A stretch of 64,000 bases of DNA from Nitrospirota bacterium (GCA_963754875.1 CAVWHO010000021.1:96001-160000); one strand, 5' to 3'. Positions 28,138 to 39,228 are shown, counted from the first letter of the stretch. Notes: generated by a model from the sequence alone, not told the origin. Made by a program: numbers and translations.

Positions 28138-28988
28138 AGGACTTCTTTGCTTATTTCCGTCAAAGCATCAACAGCGTCCGTTGTTCGTACCCGTAGCAGC
28201 ATCCTGGTTTTATCATTTTTTAGTGAAAGGTCGGGAAATAGAAACAGCCCGCTATCTCTGCAGGAGCTCTTTCGTATTTGCGAGACGTCGTAGTTGTGGG
28301 TTCGAGCAAAAGCAATCGCAAAATCATATCGGGACGTTCTTTGACCACATGCATGAAACACTGCATCCTGCGTATCGAACGGCATTAACAGTTTTTCAAG
28401 AATATCCAAAAAGTCTTTATAATATGTAGGTGAATACCATGCGTCCTCGTAACATTCAACAGTTTCTTTTCTGGATAATTTTTCGCGAAGAAAACGTAAA
28501 AAAGTCGCGTTTTTGTCATAAAGCGCGCTCGTTCTCAGAACGGTGAAGTTTCCTTTAGCGATTTTGAGACCTTCGGACTCGCCGCACAACTTGCTTATTC
28601 CGTATACAGTTCCAGGGGCCGGCCGGTCGAGTTCCCCGTAGTGTCCCCTCCCTCCATCAAAGACATAATCAGCGGATATATAGATTATCTTAGCTTTTTC
28701 AAAAGCCGCCGCAAGATATTTTACCGATTCGCAATTGATTCTAACTGCATCAGCACGATTCTTTTCACAGTAGGCGATATTTTTATTTCCTGCCGAATGT
28801 ATGATCACATCAGGCCGGACATATTTTGCCAGTCGGAACACGGCTTCCTGATCCGTCAAATCGCACGGTAAACGGCTTTCATCAGGCAGACAATGCATGC
28901 TCGTACAATACAAATTGTATTTTTTTTCGAGATGTGACCTGATGATATTGCCGACATAACCGGTGCAACCGGTCAGCAGAACCTTCAC
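28134..28988 (-). CDS. RmlD-like NAD(P)-dependent nucleotide-sugar reductase (extended SDR)
   Basis: LTGCTGYVG, YISADYVFDG, YGISK, SPTY. Confidence 0.85.
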   Translation of the reverse strand: MKVLLTGCTGYVGNIIRSHLEKKYNLYCTSMHCLPDESRLPCDLTDQEAVFRLAKYVRPDVIIHSAGNKNIAYCEKNRADAVRINCESVKYLAAAFEKAKIIYISADYVFDGGRGHYGELDRPAPGTVYGISKLCGESEGLKIAKGNFTVLRTSALYDKNATFLRFLREKLSRKETVECYEDAWYSPTYYKDFLDILEKLLMPFDTQDAVFHACGQRTSRYDFAIAFARTHNYDVSQIRKSSCRDSGLFLFPDLSLKNDKTRMLLRVRTTDAVDALTEISKEVL

Positions 28989-30358
28989 GACGGGCGCTCC
29001 ATATTTTTTAAAGTTTTCATAACCGTATTTTTGCCACCATCATACAATTGATAATTGTCAAGCTCGTGATCTCGCGCATTTCTGGCTAATTGTTTGTATA
29101 TCTCAGTTCCGGGAAAAGGAACACACGCCGCTAATTGATAACTGCGGTGCATATTCTCTGCTGAATAGCCGAGATCGTGCAAAATTTTCATATCCTGTTC
29201 GTGTACTTCGTCGGTTTGTCCAGGAAGATCCTTCATCATGGCAACGTGGACCATGAGCTTGGGATGCTTGGCAGTAATATGCGTCAGAGTTGCGACCAGT
29301 GCCTCTGATTCTAGTCCCTTTTTAATATTTTTCAATACCTGTACGTCAAACGTTTCTATACCGAAACGCATGCCCACGCATCCGCACTCCACCATCTTGT
29401 CATAAAGCCAGAGTGGCGAGCAGTCCAACCGTCCCATCATGGTCCAGGGTAAACCTATTTTTTCTAATTCATCACAGAGTTTGCTGATCCTCTCATTGCC
29501 AATGTTGAAGGTATCATCATCAAAAAATATGCTGCGGTATCCGTATTTCTCGACGCACATACGTATTTCCTTGGCCACGCGTGCTGGTTCTCGATATGTC
29601 GTCTTTCCCAGATACATTGTCTGAGGCCACATGCAATAGGTGCATCTGAACGGGCAGCCTTTGCTCGCGTAGATCTGGAGCTGCGGCCGAGCGGTCGGCA
29701 TGGTTGGATCATAATACTTTGTAGCAGCATGATAATCTCGAAACGGGAACGGCAGTGCGTCAAGGTTGTCTACGACCTCTGAATCGTAGATTCCGGGACG
29801 GAGCGTTTTTGCCATTTCAAGGCTGCTCTTTATGTACTCTCCTTTTAAGACGTATTTAATATGGGGATTCTCTTGTTTAATCTTAGCTGCATGGGTTGTA
29901 AGATGCGGACCGGCAAGACAAACATGGGTAAATTCCGCAATTTTTTTTGCCATCCACAGATCGATATCAATCGTAGGTGTTGAGCACTCAATGACAACGA
30001 TATCGGCGCCCTCATTTTTCACTTGTTCGACAAAGCGCGGATAAGAATATTCTTCATCCGCTACTGCGTCAATCACGTTCACTTCAACTCCATGAGCATG
30101 AAGATACGCCGCCGCATACCCCATAATGAAGGGATACGGAGGCCCTCCGTGGGGCGCGTTCATTGTCCAAGGCCAGCGGGAGCCTGCACGTACGCCGTAT
30201 CGAACTCCTTTGCCTATGCCTACACGGCGTGCTATGTTTACGAAGCCGGGGATTTTTCTGTAAAGAGGCTTGAAAACAAAACCGTCAATTTTAAAGTCGT
30301 TATCGGCAGATGAGTGTTCTGAACGGATCACGGGCGGATTCACAAAAAGGATTTTCAT
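28985..30358 (-). CDS. Cobalamin-binding-domain radical SAM enzyme, HpnJ-like
   Basis: ILFVNPP, RAGSRWP, YPFIMGYAAA, AGPH, YASKGCPFRCTYCMWPQT, FDDDTF, FGIET, PFPGT. Confidence 0.85.
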   Translation of the reverse strand: MKILFVNPPVIRSEHSSADNDFKIDGFVFKPLYRKIPGFVNIARRVGIGKGVRYGVRAGSRWPWTMNAPHGGPPYPFIMGYAAAYLHAHGVEVNVIDAVADEEYSYPRFVEQVKNEGADIVVIECSTPTIDIDLWMAKKIAEFTHVCLAGPHLTTHAAKIKQENPHIKYVLKGEYIKSSLEMAKTLRPGIYDSEVVDNLDALPFPFRDYHAATKYYDPTMPTARPQLQIYASKGCPFRCTYCMWPQTMYLGKTTYREPARVAKEIRMCVEKYGYRSIFFDDDTFNIGNERISKLCDELEKIGLPWTMMGRLDCSPLWLYDKMVECGCVGMRFGIETFDVQVLKNIKKGLESEALVATLTHITAKHPKLMVHVAMMKDLPGQTDEVHEQDMKILHDLGYSAENMHRSYQLAACVPFPGTEIYKQLARNARDHELDNYQLYDGGKNTVMKTLKNMERPS

Positions 30359-31320
30359 GCAATTCCCTCAAGATATGAATAAAGCTCATACATCCGGGAC
30401 TCTATCGATGCATGCTGAGTTACATACTCATAGCCTGTTTCCGCTATTTGCCGCCTGATCTCTTCATGGGAGAGGTAGTAATCAATTTTATCGACCAAAT
30501 CCTGATCCCCGTCAGTAAATACCATGCAATCGCTCATGAATTCTTCAGCAGCCTTCACGCGATCGGTAATGAGAAAACCTTTACATGCCAAAACTTCGTA
30601 GGTGCGAAGAGTGATGACGTCCCAATCTACGCAATCCTGGGCAGTGCAGTTCAGATTGATCTTTGCGCTGCTATAGAGGATCGGCATGGCCTCCTGGGGA
30701 ATTTTGCCGAGCGATCGTTCTTGAAAGATCCTCTGGTATGCAGGTTTTTTTTGCCAGTTTTTCCAAATCTTATATGAATGCTTCGGAATTTTCCAATTCC
30801 CAAAGAGGCCGAAGTTATATCTTGTCGCTGGCAATAAATATTTATTAGTCCGGTCCTCGCCTTTAATGTCGTTCCCGATATAAGACACGTCGAATTCAAA
30901 CTTTTTTTCAATTCGTCTCGGATAAAACGTTTCCCGGTCCACTCCAAAGGGAAGGAAAATACCGGTAAAACCAGCCAGATTATGCAAGGCCAGGAGCCGC
31001 TTCGAAATGAATGCATACCCATCGAACCCTATGTTCTGAAATGTCTTGAGGGCTATTTCCGACCCCTCTCCATAAGCGTTCTGCATGTAGAGCACGTGTT
31101 TTTTCGCCCACGTGTGGTTGGGCCCCGTGTCGTTTAAATAAATCATGACATCCAGTTTATTCGTTGGTAAGTGATTCTGGCCGAACAGCTCGGCAGATTG
31201 AACGCCTCGTATTTTCCTGAGGGCGCGGCACATGGACTCGCCGTTGAGTTCGTCGCCGAGAACGTTCCCTTGCGACCCCAGAGAGCCCTTATTCCACTTT
31301 ATGTACAGACCGATGTGCAT
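30355..31320 (-). CDS. CgeB/YkvP-family glycosyltransferase
   Basis: LPFGVD..FYP, DVSYIGN, LYSSAKINLN, RTYEVLAC, YYLSHEEIRRQIAE. Confidence 0.8.
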   Translation of the reverse strand: MHIGLYIKWNKGSLGSQGNVLGDELNGESMCRALRKIRGVQSAELFGQNHLPTNKLDVMIYLNDTGPNHTWAKKHVLYMQNAYGEGSEIALKTFQNIGFDGYAFISKRLLALHNLAGFTGIFLPFGVDRETFYPRRIEKKFEFDVSYIGNDIKGEDRTNKYLLPATRYNFGLFGNWKIPKHSYKIWKNWQKKPAYQRIFQERSLGKIPQEAMPILYSSAKINLNCTAQDCVDWDVITLRTYEVLACKGFLITDRVKAAEEFMSDCMVFTDGDQDLVDKIDYYLSHEEIRRQIAETGYEYVTQHASIESRMYELYSYLEGIA

Positions 31321-31392
31321 ATCAATAGTTGTTCAGGATTGCGCGATTAAACCTGCTAGATTTTTCCCAATCCGCCTGCAGCGTTGTATTAT

Positions 31393-32745
31393 TCATGCAT
31401 TTTTCCCGCGCCAAATTGCAGATGGATAAAAGAAAGATTTAATGAACATTTTTACACTGATCCGGTCCTTCGGATAAATGGCAGGTATTATAATTGTTGA
31501 AGTCATTTGGGCAAACAGGGAAGCGACTGCCGCCCCCACGACATCATAGTATTTAATCAAAACGATATTCAAAAGTATGTTTACAACTGCTCCGAGGCTC
31601 GTGCATATCAAACTGAAAAATTGCATGTTTTCCGATTGAATATAGGCGCTCTTTGCAATCCCATAGAACACAAACAAGGCGGTCCATATATGAATGGATA
31701 ATACCGTTCCGGCTCTTACATATTGTTGACCGTATAATTTTGTAATGATGCTGGTCGATAAAAAAGTCAAAGGTACCGCAACTACCAGAGCCGTCCAGAC
31801 CAAGATTGTGTAGAGATGTTGAATTCTTTGAATATATAAGCCATGGTCTTGTTGCTTTGCCTTTATAATCGTTGGGAATACTGATATTACGATCGTACCC
31901 GGAATAAAATACCAGACTTCCGAAACCCGTACTGCTGCTGAATAGATGCCCACTGCTTTATCACCAATCATGCCCCCGAGCATGAGCTGGTCAATCCGCA
32001 TATAAACGGCAATAACCATGCCCGAGAGGATCAGCGGCCAGCTGTCCCGCAAAAGACGCTTAGCCCATGGCAGCCTCCACCCCCATGATTTGAGATATTG
32101 ACCATGTGATTTGTAGGCGATTACCAATCCCATAGCGCCGACCAAGATCTCAATCAAACCTGCCGACGCAAATGCTATGAGAGGGGCTTTTATAATGAGA
32201 AGAACGATTTTCAACAGCGCGGTAAGCAAAAAAGCAGTATTTTTTGCAATAACCGTATATCTTGATTGGACTTGCGACTGGAACCAATAGTCGATAGTAT
32301 CAAATGCTTGGAAGACTGTCCCCGCTGCAATAATAAGTATCAGCCATCGAATCAATGGTTCTGCAGGCCGCAGCAACGATACGCATACGACGGTAAGAAC
32401 CAGCGTAGCAAGGCCGCCCGCGAGTCTGAGAAAAAAAACCGTTCCCAGAATTTCACCTGCATGGGCGGGTTCCCGAACAATGTCACGAACCGCAATACCG
32501 TCCAAACCGAGCGATGCTACGGCGGCAAATAGTGCGACAAAAGCGGTTGCATAACTTAACAAGCCGAATTGTCCGGGCCCTAAATATCGCGCTACCCATA
32601 CCCCGACAAAAAGCCCCACGCCCATACGGAGGACTTTATCAGCAAAAAGCCAGCCGGTATTGCTAATGATTTTTTGGAGATTATGGCGGTTTTCTAAGCG
32701 TTGGCTAATAGAACGAGGAAGGTATTTAGTCCATATGGCGTTCAT
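31393..32745 (-). CDS. wzx: Wzx flippase
   Basis: NTGWLFADK, ARYLGPGQFG, YMRIDQLML, GIYSAAVR; many TM helices. Confidence 0.9.
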   Translation of the reverse strand: MNAIWTKYLPRSISQRLENRHNLQKIISNTGWLFADKVLRMGVGLFVGVWVARYLGPGQFGLLSYATAFVALFAAVASLGLDGIAVRDIVREPAHAGEILGTVFFLRLAGGLATLVLTVVCVSLLRPAEPLIRWLILIIAAGTVFQAFDTIDYWFQSQVQSRYTVIAKNTAFLLTALLKIVLLIIKAPLIAFASAGLIEILVGAMGLVIAYKSHGQYLKSWGWRLPWAKRLLRDSWPLILSGMVIAVYMRIDQLMLGGMIGDKAVGIYSAAVRVSEVWYFIPGTIVISVFPTIIKAKQQDHGLYIQRIQHLYTILVWTALVVAVPLTFLSTSIITKLYGQQYVRAGTVLSIHIWTALFVFYGIAKSAYIQSENMQFFSLICTSLGAVVNILLNIVLIKYYDVVGAAVASLFAQMTSTIIIPAIYPKDRISVKMFIKSFFYPSAIWRGKNA

Positions 32746-32821
32746 GAATCGCTATACCTGTGTATTGTTGCTTCAATTTATCTAATTGTCATTTAGTATC
32801 TCTTGACTCTCGTCTTGATGT

Positions 32822-33949
32822 TCATTTCTGCTCGTTTTTTGTCCAGTGAATGCCTTTCCCCTGCAATATCTGCGCGCCTTCACCGGGGGATTTGAGATGG
32901 ACTGCCTCCATGTCAGCATCCACCATAATCTTCACAAGTTCTTTGAACGTGATCTTTGGCTCCCAACCGAGCTTTTCCCTCGCCTTTGACGCGTCGGCAA
33001 GGAGAAAATCCACTTCTGTTGGCCGGAAATACCGCGGATCGATTTCTATAAGAACATCCCCCGGTTTTGCGAGCGCGGAAAAGGACGCTGCCACCGACTG
33101 CACAATGCCCTTTTCGTCGGTCCCCTTCCCCTTCCATTCGATCTCGACTCCGGCGTACCCGAATGCGAGCTCAACGAATTCCCGCACGGTATGACTCTCG
33201 CCCGTGCCGATCACAAAGTCCTCTGCCTGATCCTGCTGGAGCATCAGCCACTGACATTCAACATACTCAGGCGCGAATCCCCAGTCTCGTTTCGCGTCGA
33301 GATTGCCCAGATAAATCTTATCCTGCTTCCCGGCGAGGATGGCGGCCACAGCCCTCGTAATCTTTCTGGTGACGAAGGTCTCTCCACGGCGGGGTGATTC
33401 ATGATTAAAGAGTATGCCATTGCAAGCGAACAAGTTGTAACCTTCCCGGTAATTCACCGCGATCCAGTAGGCGTATACTTTCGCCGCGGCGTACGGACTC
33501 CGGGGATAAAAAGCGGTATTTTCGTTTTGGGGTGGTTTCGCAGCGCCGAACATCTCCGATGACGACGCCTGGTAGTATTTCGTTTTTATTCCGCTTCTCT
33601 GGATGCTCTCAAGGAGACGTGTGGCGCCGAGACCGACGATATCTCCGGTATATTCCGGCATATCGAAGCTCACCCGGACGTGACTTTGGGCCGCAAGGTT
33701 ATACACTTCGTCCGGCTTGATGTTATAAATGATGTGGGTAAGTTGTCCCGCGTCAGCAAGATCACCGTAGTGCAAAAAAAGTCTCGTGCCGCGAATATGC
33801 GGGTCCGTATAAACATGGTCTATCCTGCCCGTATTAAAGGTGCTCGCACGGCGTATCAGTCCGTGAACTTCATAGCCTTTTGATAAAAGCAGCTCCGCAA
33901 GATATGATCCGTCCTGACCGGTAATGCCTGTTATAAGAGCGCGCTTCAA
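32822..33949 (-). CDS. gmd: GDP-mannose 4,6-dehydratase
   Basis: [52 protein letters not shown]. Confidence 0.97.
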   Translation of the reverse strand: MKRALITGITGQDGSYLAELLLSKGYEVHGLIRRASTFNTGRIDHVYTDPHIRGTRLFLHYGDLADAGQLTHIIYNIKPDEVYNLAAQSHVRVSFDMPEYTGDIVGLGATRLLESIQRSGIKTKYYQASSSEMFGAAKPPQNENTAFYPRSPYAAAKVYAYWIAVNYREGYNLFACNGILFNHESPRRGETFVTRKITRAVAAILAGKQDKIYLGNLDAKRDWGFAPEYVECQWLMLQQDQAEDFVIGTGESHTVREFVELAFGYAGVEIEWKGKGTDEKGIVQSVAASFSALAKPGDVLIEIDPRYFRPTEVDFLLADASKAREKLGWEPKITFKELVKIMVDADMEAVHLKSPGEGAQILQGKGIHWTKNEQK

Positions 33950-34286
33950 AATCTTACCCCCTTGTCTTTTTGTTATAAGTTATTAATATTACAGTATTAT
34001 AGTATTCCTGTAAAGCCTTTATTTTATTTGATTAATAGTCGAGTGTGAAAGGCCGGCTATCAGGATCGACGGAATAGTTCTGCTGAGAAGCAGGTCAACG
34101 TGGCGAGCAGTATTCGTACCGAGGCGTGTTTTAAAATGCCTGACACAGTCCTCCGAGCAAACCCAAATCGGATTTCGTCTTGCATTTTATAATGAATTAT
34201 AATATCTTTACACCACGCTGGGTAAAATCGTCTTTATCCGCCTTCGTCTTCTAGGGTTCCAAGCTTGTTCTCCACAGGGGTAATTC

Positions 34287-35732
34287 TTGACCGGAAATCT
34301 GAGAAACAGCATTAAAGTCGCGTCACTCCTGTTCGTTGACCTGGCGGCATTTTATATCTCCTTGGTCGCTGCTTATTATTCGAGGACACTGGTCGACATA
34401 TTGTCCTCACGGTTCATTGCGCTAGAATTTTCTCTCCTCTATTTTCTACGTATCTGGTGGTTGCCCACCATCTTCATAGCTTTTATTGTTTATGAACGCC
34501 TTTATGTCAAGAAGCTCCCTTTCTGGGATGAGACGAGAGAGCTCCTCAAAGCAATATCCGTGTCAACAGTAGCAATACTTGCCATTATAACCCTTGGAAA
34601 AATGTCGGATAAGATATCCCGGTTGACCGTTATTTTTCTCTGGTGCTTCAGCCTCTTTATTTTTCCTTTCTTCCGCCTGGTCGGTAAAAAATTCCTCTAT
34701 CACCTCAAACTCTGGCAGGACAATGTTATCATTATCGGGGCCGGCACAGCCGGCAGAGGAACGGCAAAAGGCATAGCAGCTGATATCCATCTGGGGTATC
34801 ACGTGATCGGCTTCTTAGATGACAATGAGAGCCTAGGCAAGCAGGTGAGTGTGGACGGCGTCACCTACAAGATATTCGGGAAGGTGAGATATTTCAAAAA
34901 ATTCGTCAGACTCCTCGACATATCGACCGTTATCATCGCGATCCCTTCTCTGTCGAATGAGAAACTTTCGGAACTGACGAACGATATTCAGAAGTATACG
35001 AAATCCGTTCTCCTTGTCCCCGATATAAAAGGGGTCGCGCTCACCAATACGGAGCTCTACCATCTGTTCGTCCAGCAGCTTTTCTTGCTGAAAATAAACA
35101 ACAACCTTAAGTCACCTTATAACCGGTTCATTAAAAGAACGTTCGACATAACGGTCTCCATCGCTTTCCTGCCCTTGCTTCTTCTCATTATCGGGACACT
35201 CGGGCTTCTCATCAAACTTGACTCACGCGGACCGGTCTTTTACCGTCATGCCAGAATAGGCCGTACGGGAAAACCCTTCGGCGTATACAAGTTCAGAAGT
35301 ATGTACCTGGATTCCAAGGAACGCCTGGGGAAAATCCTCGCGGCCGATCCTTGCTCCCGTCAGGAGTGGGAAACATATTTCAAATTAAGAAGCGATCCGC
35401 GGGTAACCCGCATGGGGAACTTTCTGAGGAAAACGTCCCTTGATGAACTGCCGCAAATATTCAACGTGCTGAAAGGCGAGATGAGCCTTGTGGGGCCGCG
35501 CCCGGTCCTCAAAGAGGAAATCGTCAAATACTATAAAGAGAACGCTGATTACTACAACCTGGTGCGCCCGGGAATCAGCGGTTTGTGGCAAGTGAGCGGA
35601 AGAAACGATGTGGATTACGATAAGAGAGTCAGGCTGGACACGTGGTATGTCCTCAACTGGTCGCTCTGGCTCGATATCTCGATCTTATTTAAAACCTTTG
35701 GCGTTGTTCTAAAAAAAGAAGGCGCATACTAA
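34287..35732 (+). CDS. wbaP: Undecaprenyl-phosphate sugar-1-phosphate transferase (WbaP/WcaJ family)
   Basis: N-terminal TMs, KRTFD, YKFRSM, DPRVT, SLDELPQ, MSLVGPRP, PGISGLWQV. Confidence 0.9.
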   Translation: MTGNLRNSIKVASLLFVDLAAFYISLVAAYYSRTLVDILSSRFIALEFSLLYFLRIWWLPTIFIAFIVYERLYVKKLPFWDETRELLKAISVSTVAILAIITLGKMSDKISRLTVIFLWCFSLFIFPFFRLVGKKFLYHLKLWQDNVIIIGAGTAGRGTAKGIAADIHLGYHVIGFLDDNESLGKQVSVDGVTYKIFGKVRYFKKFVRLLDISTVIIAIPSLSNEKLSELTNDIQKYTKSVLLVPDIKGVALTNTELYHLFVQQLFLLKINNNLKSPYNRFIKRTFDITVSIAFLPLLLLIIGTLGLLIKLDSRGPVFYRHARIGRTGKPFGVYKFRSMYLDSKERLGKILAADPCSRQEWETYFKLRSDPRVTRMGNFLRKTSLDELPQIFNVLKGEMSLVGPRPVLKEEIVKYYKENADYYNLVRPGISGLWQVSGRNDVDYDKRVRLDTWYVLNWSLWLDISILFKTFGVVLKKEGAY

Positions 35733-35917
35733 TTTGTTTTTAGCTGCCGAGCGAAAGGCCATGAGTTAAGAGCGGTAAATTGGAAATGCAATGAAATACT
35801 CATTATTGGTTTTCGGCTCCTGCTCTATCGGCAGCCATATGGTCGCGACGCTGGGTGAAAAGGGCTTTGATGTTCTGGTAGGTTACTCGGTGCCGTGAGT
35901 GGACCGAACTCACCGAG

Positions 35918-37207
35918 TTAAGAGCTTCGGACCGGAGTGATAGACTGTCGTACGCACAGGCCAATGACGAATGCAAAGGAATAGCGAAGTATCTGAATAC
36001 TAAAGAATGAATCAGTAAGTCCTGCTATCAAATAATGGACAGCCGTCGCAACAGCAAGAAACGCGAATAGTCTTTCCTTTTCCCTGTCTCTATTTCCTTT
36101 TCCTTCCCCTGTTAGCATGACCGGCAAAGCGAACTTCAAAATCCGGTAAAAAACGTAAAGCAGCGCGATCAGTCCTGGTAAGCCGTTCGTGGCCAAAGCG
36201 AAGAGATACATGTTATGGGGCTGGTTGAACTCAAGCAGAAAATTGGGAAACCGTCCCGAGTTCACGTATGCGGCCATAGTGGGGACATAATCTCCGGTGC
36301 CGACGCCTGTCAATGGATGGGACAAAAACATCGCTATTGCCGCTTTCCACATGAGGAATCGTTCGCCGAGTGATGACGTCAAAGCTTCCCCTACTGAATA
36401 GTTCGATATATCGTTCCCGATCATATAAATTCGATGGTGAACGAACGGGATGAACAGGTAGGCCGAAAGACAGATCGCGGCAACAACGCCGACGGCAATG
36501 AAGAATATCTTCCTGCTCCTACTCGCCAGGAACGCCATGACCATTGACGTCAGGAGAATACCGAACCACGCTGTCCGCGATGTGGACAGAAGAATACAGA
36601 GAACGGCAAGTGCCATGGAAATGACAAATAAAACGTTGACGCCCCGCGATAAATCGCGCCGGAAATAGAGCAGAAAGGCGGCCGCTGCATAGAGTCCGAG
36701 CGCATTGATGTTGGAAAACCAGATATGATGCATGTGCAGAGGTTGCAGAGGAAGGACAAATTTTTTGTCGCCTACGATGCCGAGATAAGTCATCACTCCT
36801 ATGATATTCAAAATCATAAGTCCGACCAGAAATGCGATGAGGATGGCTTCACCGCCTCCGTATTTCTCCGATTTGTCCCGGAGGACCTGGATCAAGACCG
36901 AGACCATGAGATAGATGGCTGGCAGGCTAAGAAATTTATTGGCTGTATGGATGCCGTCGGCATATTGCTCAGAAAAAAAAACGCCCACGATTGAGACAGT
37001 AAAAACGAGAACAAATGCCAATGTTAAAGGTTGTTTGATGTTTGAAATTATCGTTTGTCTAATGTCCTTATAAAATAAGACGCCGGCAACCACCGTCGGG
37101 TAGATAAGAAAGAGAAGAATATTTCCCACACTCTTCGACAGGGGCAGTGTAAAAGCAAAAAGAAGCATACCCCACGCGAGCGCCCCATAATACCGCGTTC
37201 TTTTCAT
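35918..37207 (-). CDS. waaL: O-antigen ligase family protein
   Basis: Many TMs, STSRTAW, SLGERFLMW, PLTGVG, PHNMYL. Confidence 0.8.
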   Translation of the reverse strand: MKRTRYYGALAWGMLLFAFTLPLSKSVGNILLFLIYPTVVAGVLFYKDIRQTIISNIKQPLTLAFVLVFTVSIVGVFFSEQYADGIHTANKFLSLPAIYLMVSVLIQVLRDKSEKYGGGEAILIAFLVGLMILNIIGVMTYLGIVGDKKFVLPLQPLHMHHIWFSNINALGLYAAAAFLLYFRRDLSRGVNVLFVISMALAVLCILLSTSRTAWFGILLTSMVMAFLASRSRKIFFIAVGVVAAICLSAYLFIPFVHHRIYMIGNDISNYSVGEALTSSLGERFLMWKAAIAMFLSHPLTGVGTGDYVPTMAAYVNSGRFPNFLLEFNQPHNMYLFALATNGLPGLIALLYVFYRILKFALPVMLTGEGKGNRDREKERLFAFLAVATAVHYLIAGLTDSFFSIQILRYSFAFVIGLCVRQSITPVRSS

Positions 37208-37363
37208 CGAGGTTCCCTCTTGATTTCCGTTTTCATGCCTTACGTTTTTCATTCAGTGTGACCTGGTCAATCTTGCGAAAATAGAACAAACAGATGCGAT
37301 GACTCACAACAAAAATGATGGCATATTTGCCAAGCCTGCGGTTCAAGTCCTGAAATGGCGGAT

Positions 37364-38110
37364 TCAGCTTCGCCGCTCCGATGCCTGCCTGCCCTTTCGC
37401 ATTTCAGAATCCGTATGAATTTTATAAATAAATGTGATGGGATTCGTAACAAGCTTAATCGGGATTCGGGGCAATAAAAAGGAGTCGAACCCGCCGAGGA
37501 CGTGTCCCCTTCGAGTTGTAACAGCGGAACGATATCCCGCTTTTATTACTTCTTCTTTTACCAAAGCATCGAGATCTCCGTAAGGATAGCAGAAATGCTC
37601 AACCTTTCTGTTAAGCTGCTCTTCCAAGGCCCTTTTTGAACCCCGTAGTTCTTCCTGAAGCGTTTCGCTCGACAGCGTTGAAAGTTGCGGGTGTGATCTG
37701 GTGTGAGAGCCGATCTCGACTCCCTGTTTACTGATTTCCCGGATCATGTCCCAATCCATCAGAGGCTTCGAGACGTTTTCGTTTTTAGAATCCCATGTAT
37801 TGGCCTTGCCGGTGAAATCGGACACGACATACACTGTTGATGGATATTTATATTGTTTCAAGATCGGATGCGCGTTTTTGTAAAAATCCCGGTAACCGTC
37901 GTCGAAAGTGACCGCCGCAAGGTCGCCGGTCCTGTTCCCGGCAGCTACAGATGCAAGCATATCCGATAGCGAGAGGACTTTGAACCCTGATTTTTTTAAA
38001 TACCACATCTGGAAGCGAAACATTCTCGGTGTCACGTACAGATTAGGGATGCGTATGCCCCCGGGAGGAGTGTCGATGTTGTGGTACATAAGGATAATGG
38101 CTTTTGACAT
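37364..38110 (-). CDS. Polysaccharide deacetylase (CE4/NodB)
   Basis: ILMYH, TFDDGY, GSHTRSH, FCYPYG. Confidence 0.9.
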   Translation of the reverse strand: MSKAIILMYHNIDTPPGGIRIPNLYVTPRMFRFQMWYLKKSGFKVLSLSDMLASVAAGNRTGDLAAVTFDDGYRDFYKNAHPILKQYKYPSTVYVVSDFTGKANTWDSKNENVSKPLMDWDMIREISKQGVEIGSHTRSHPQLSTLSSETLQEELRGSKRALEEQLNRKVEHFCYPYGDLDALVKEEVIKAGYRSAVTTRRGHVLGGFDSFLLPRIPIKLVTNPITFIYKIHTDSEMRKGRQASERRS

Positions 38111-39228
38111 CAATTTCTGCCCGGTAAAGTCGTATTATTCTTTGTCAAAACGTCATCAAAAAAACGAAAATATTCTTGTATCATCCTGCCCCTGCTGAAC
38201 CGCTCTGCAACCCAGTTCGGTCCTGCTGTCGACATCATCTTTCGTAATTCCTTATTCTGTAATATCCTGATTACTTCTTCTGCCATACCATGAGCACCGC
38301 CCCGGACCAGGGTACCGGCAGGACACCCTTCGAGCGCATCGCGAACTCCGCCTTCGTCAAAAGCAACAACCGGCGTTCCCATGGCCAGGGCTTCGATCAC
38401 CCATATACCGAACCCTTCATTCCTGAACGTACTAACCGCAACATCAATGTCCGCATAGTAGGCCGGCATGTCGCCCTTTGTCAACGTGTCCAACCATAGG
38501 ATCGAATCAGCTACGCCGAGATCGGCTGCACGTTTCCTGAACTCCCGAAGTTGGGGCATGTCGGCCATTGGTGTGAGCAGCAAGTAGCGGACTTTCGGTA
38601 TTTCCTTCCGTATTTCAACGAGGGCATCGAGAAACTCAATCTGGTTCTTCCACATGCTGCCGGACGTGCTGAGAAGCGGTGTGTCGGACGAGAGTCCGAA
38701 ACGGTTTCTGATGAAGCCCTGGTTCCTTGGCATCGGTTGAAACACATCAAGGTCAATGCCATGATGGATGACTTTTATTTTACCGGTAAGAGAAGGTTGA
38801 AAAGCCTCCATCCGTTCCACAATGTGCCTGGAGATCGTGACGACACTGTGCAAACGGTTAAGAAGAAAACGCGACTTGATGAAGTCTGCTATGTGAACCG
38901 TATGCACCAGATACGGATGAGTACCGGAAAGCAGCGCGGCTATCGCTGTCTGAACAATGTCATGACCCCGCTGGATGCTGACAATCTCGTACCTGCCTTG
39001 CCTGATGATCTTCGCAATCTGAAAGAAAGAACTGATTCCGTTGATTCCGGACTTTTCAATGGGATAGACATCTACGGGATGGTCCCTGAACATGGATGCC
39101 AAAGGCGTCCCAGGACGACAAACCATGCCGATGGTCGCGCCCTTTTTTATCAGGCCGGGCAGAAGTTCCATCAAAAACTCTTCGCCCCCTCCCCGGTACC
39201 TGAAATTATTTATAAAAAGAATTTTCAT
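38110..39228 (-). CDS. GT4 glycosyltransferase (LPS core)
   Basis: GGGE, IHHGID, EGFGIWVIEALAMG. Confidence 0.85.
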   Translation of the reverse strand: MKILFINNFRYRGGGEEFLMELLPGLIKKGATIGMVCRPGTPLASMFRDHPVDVYPIEKSGINGISSFFQIAKIIRQGRYEIVSIQRGHDIVQTAIAALLSGTHPYLVHTVHIADFIKSRFLLNRLHSVVTISRHIVERMEAFQPSLTGKIKVIHHGIDLDVFQPMPRNQGFIRNRFGLSSDTPLLSTSGSMWKNQIEFLDALVEIRKEIPKVRYLLLTPMADMPQLREFRKRAADLGVADSILWLDTLTKGDMPAYYADIDVAVSTFRNEGFGIWVIEALAMGTPVVAFDEGGVRDALEGCPAGTLVRGGAHGMAEEVIRILQNKELRKMMSTAGPNWVAERFSRGRMIQEYFRFFDDVLTKNNTTLPGRN

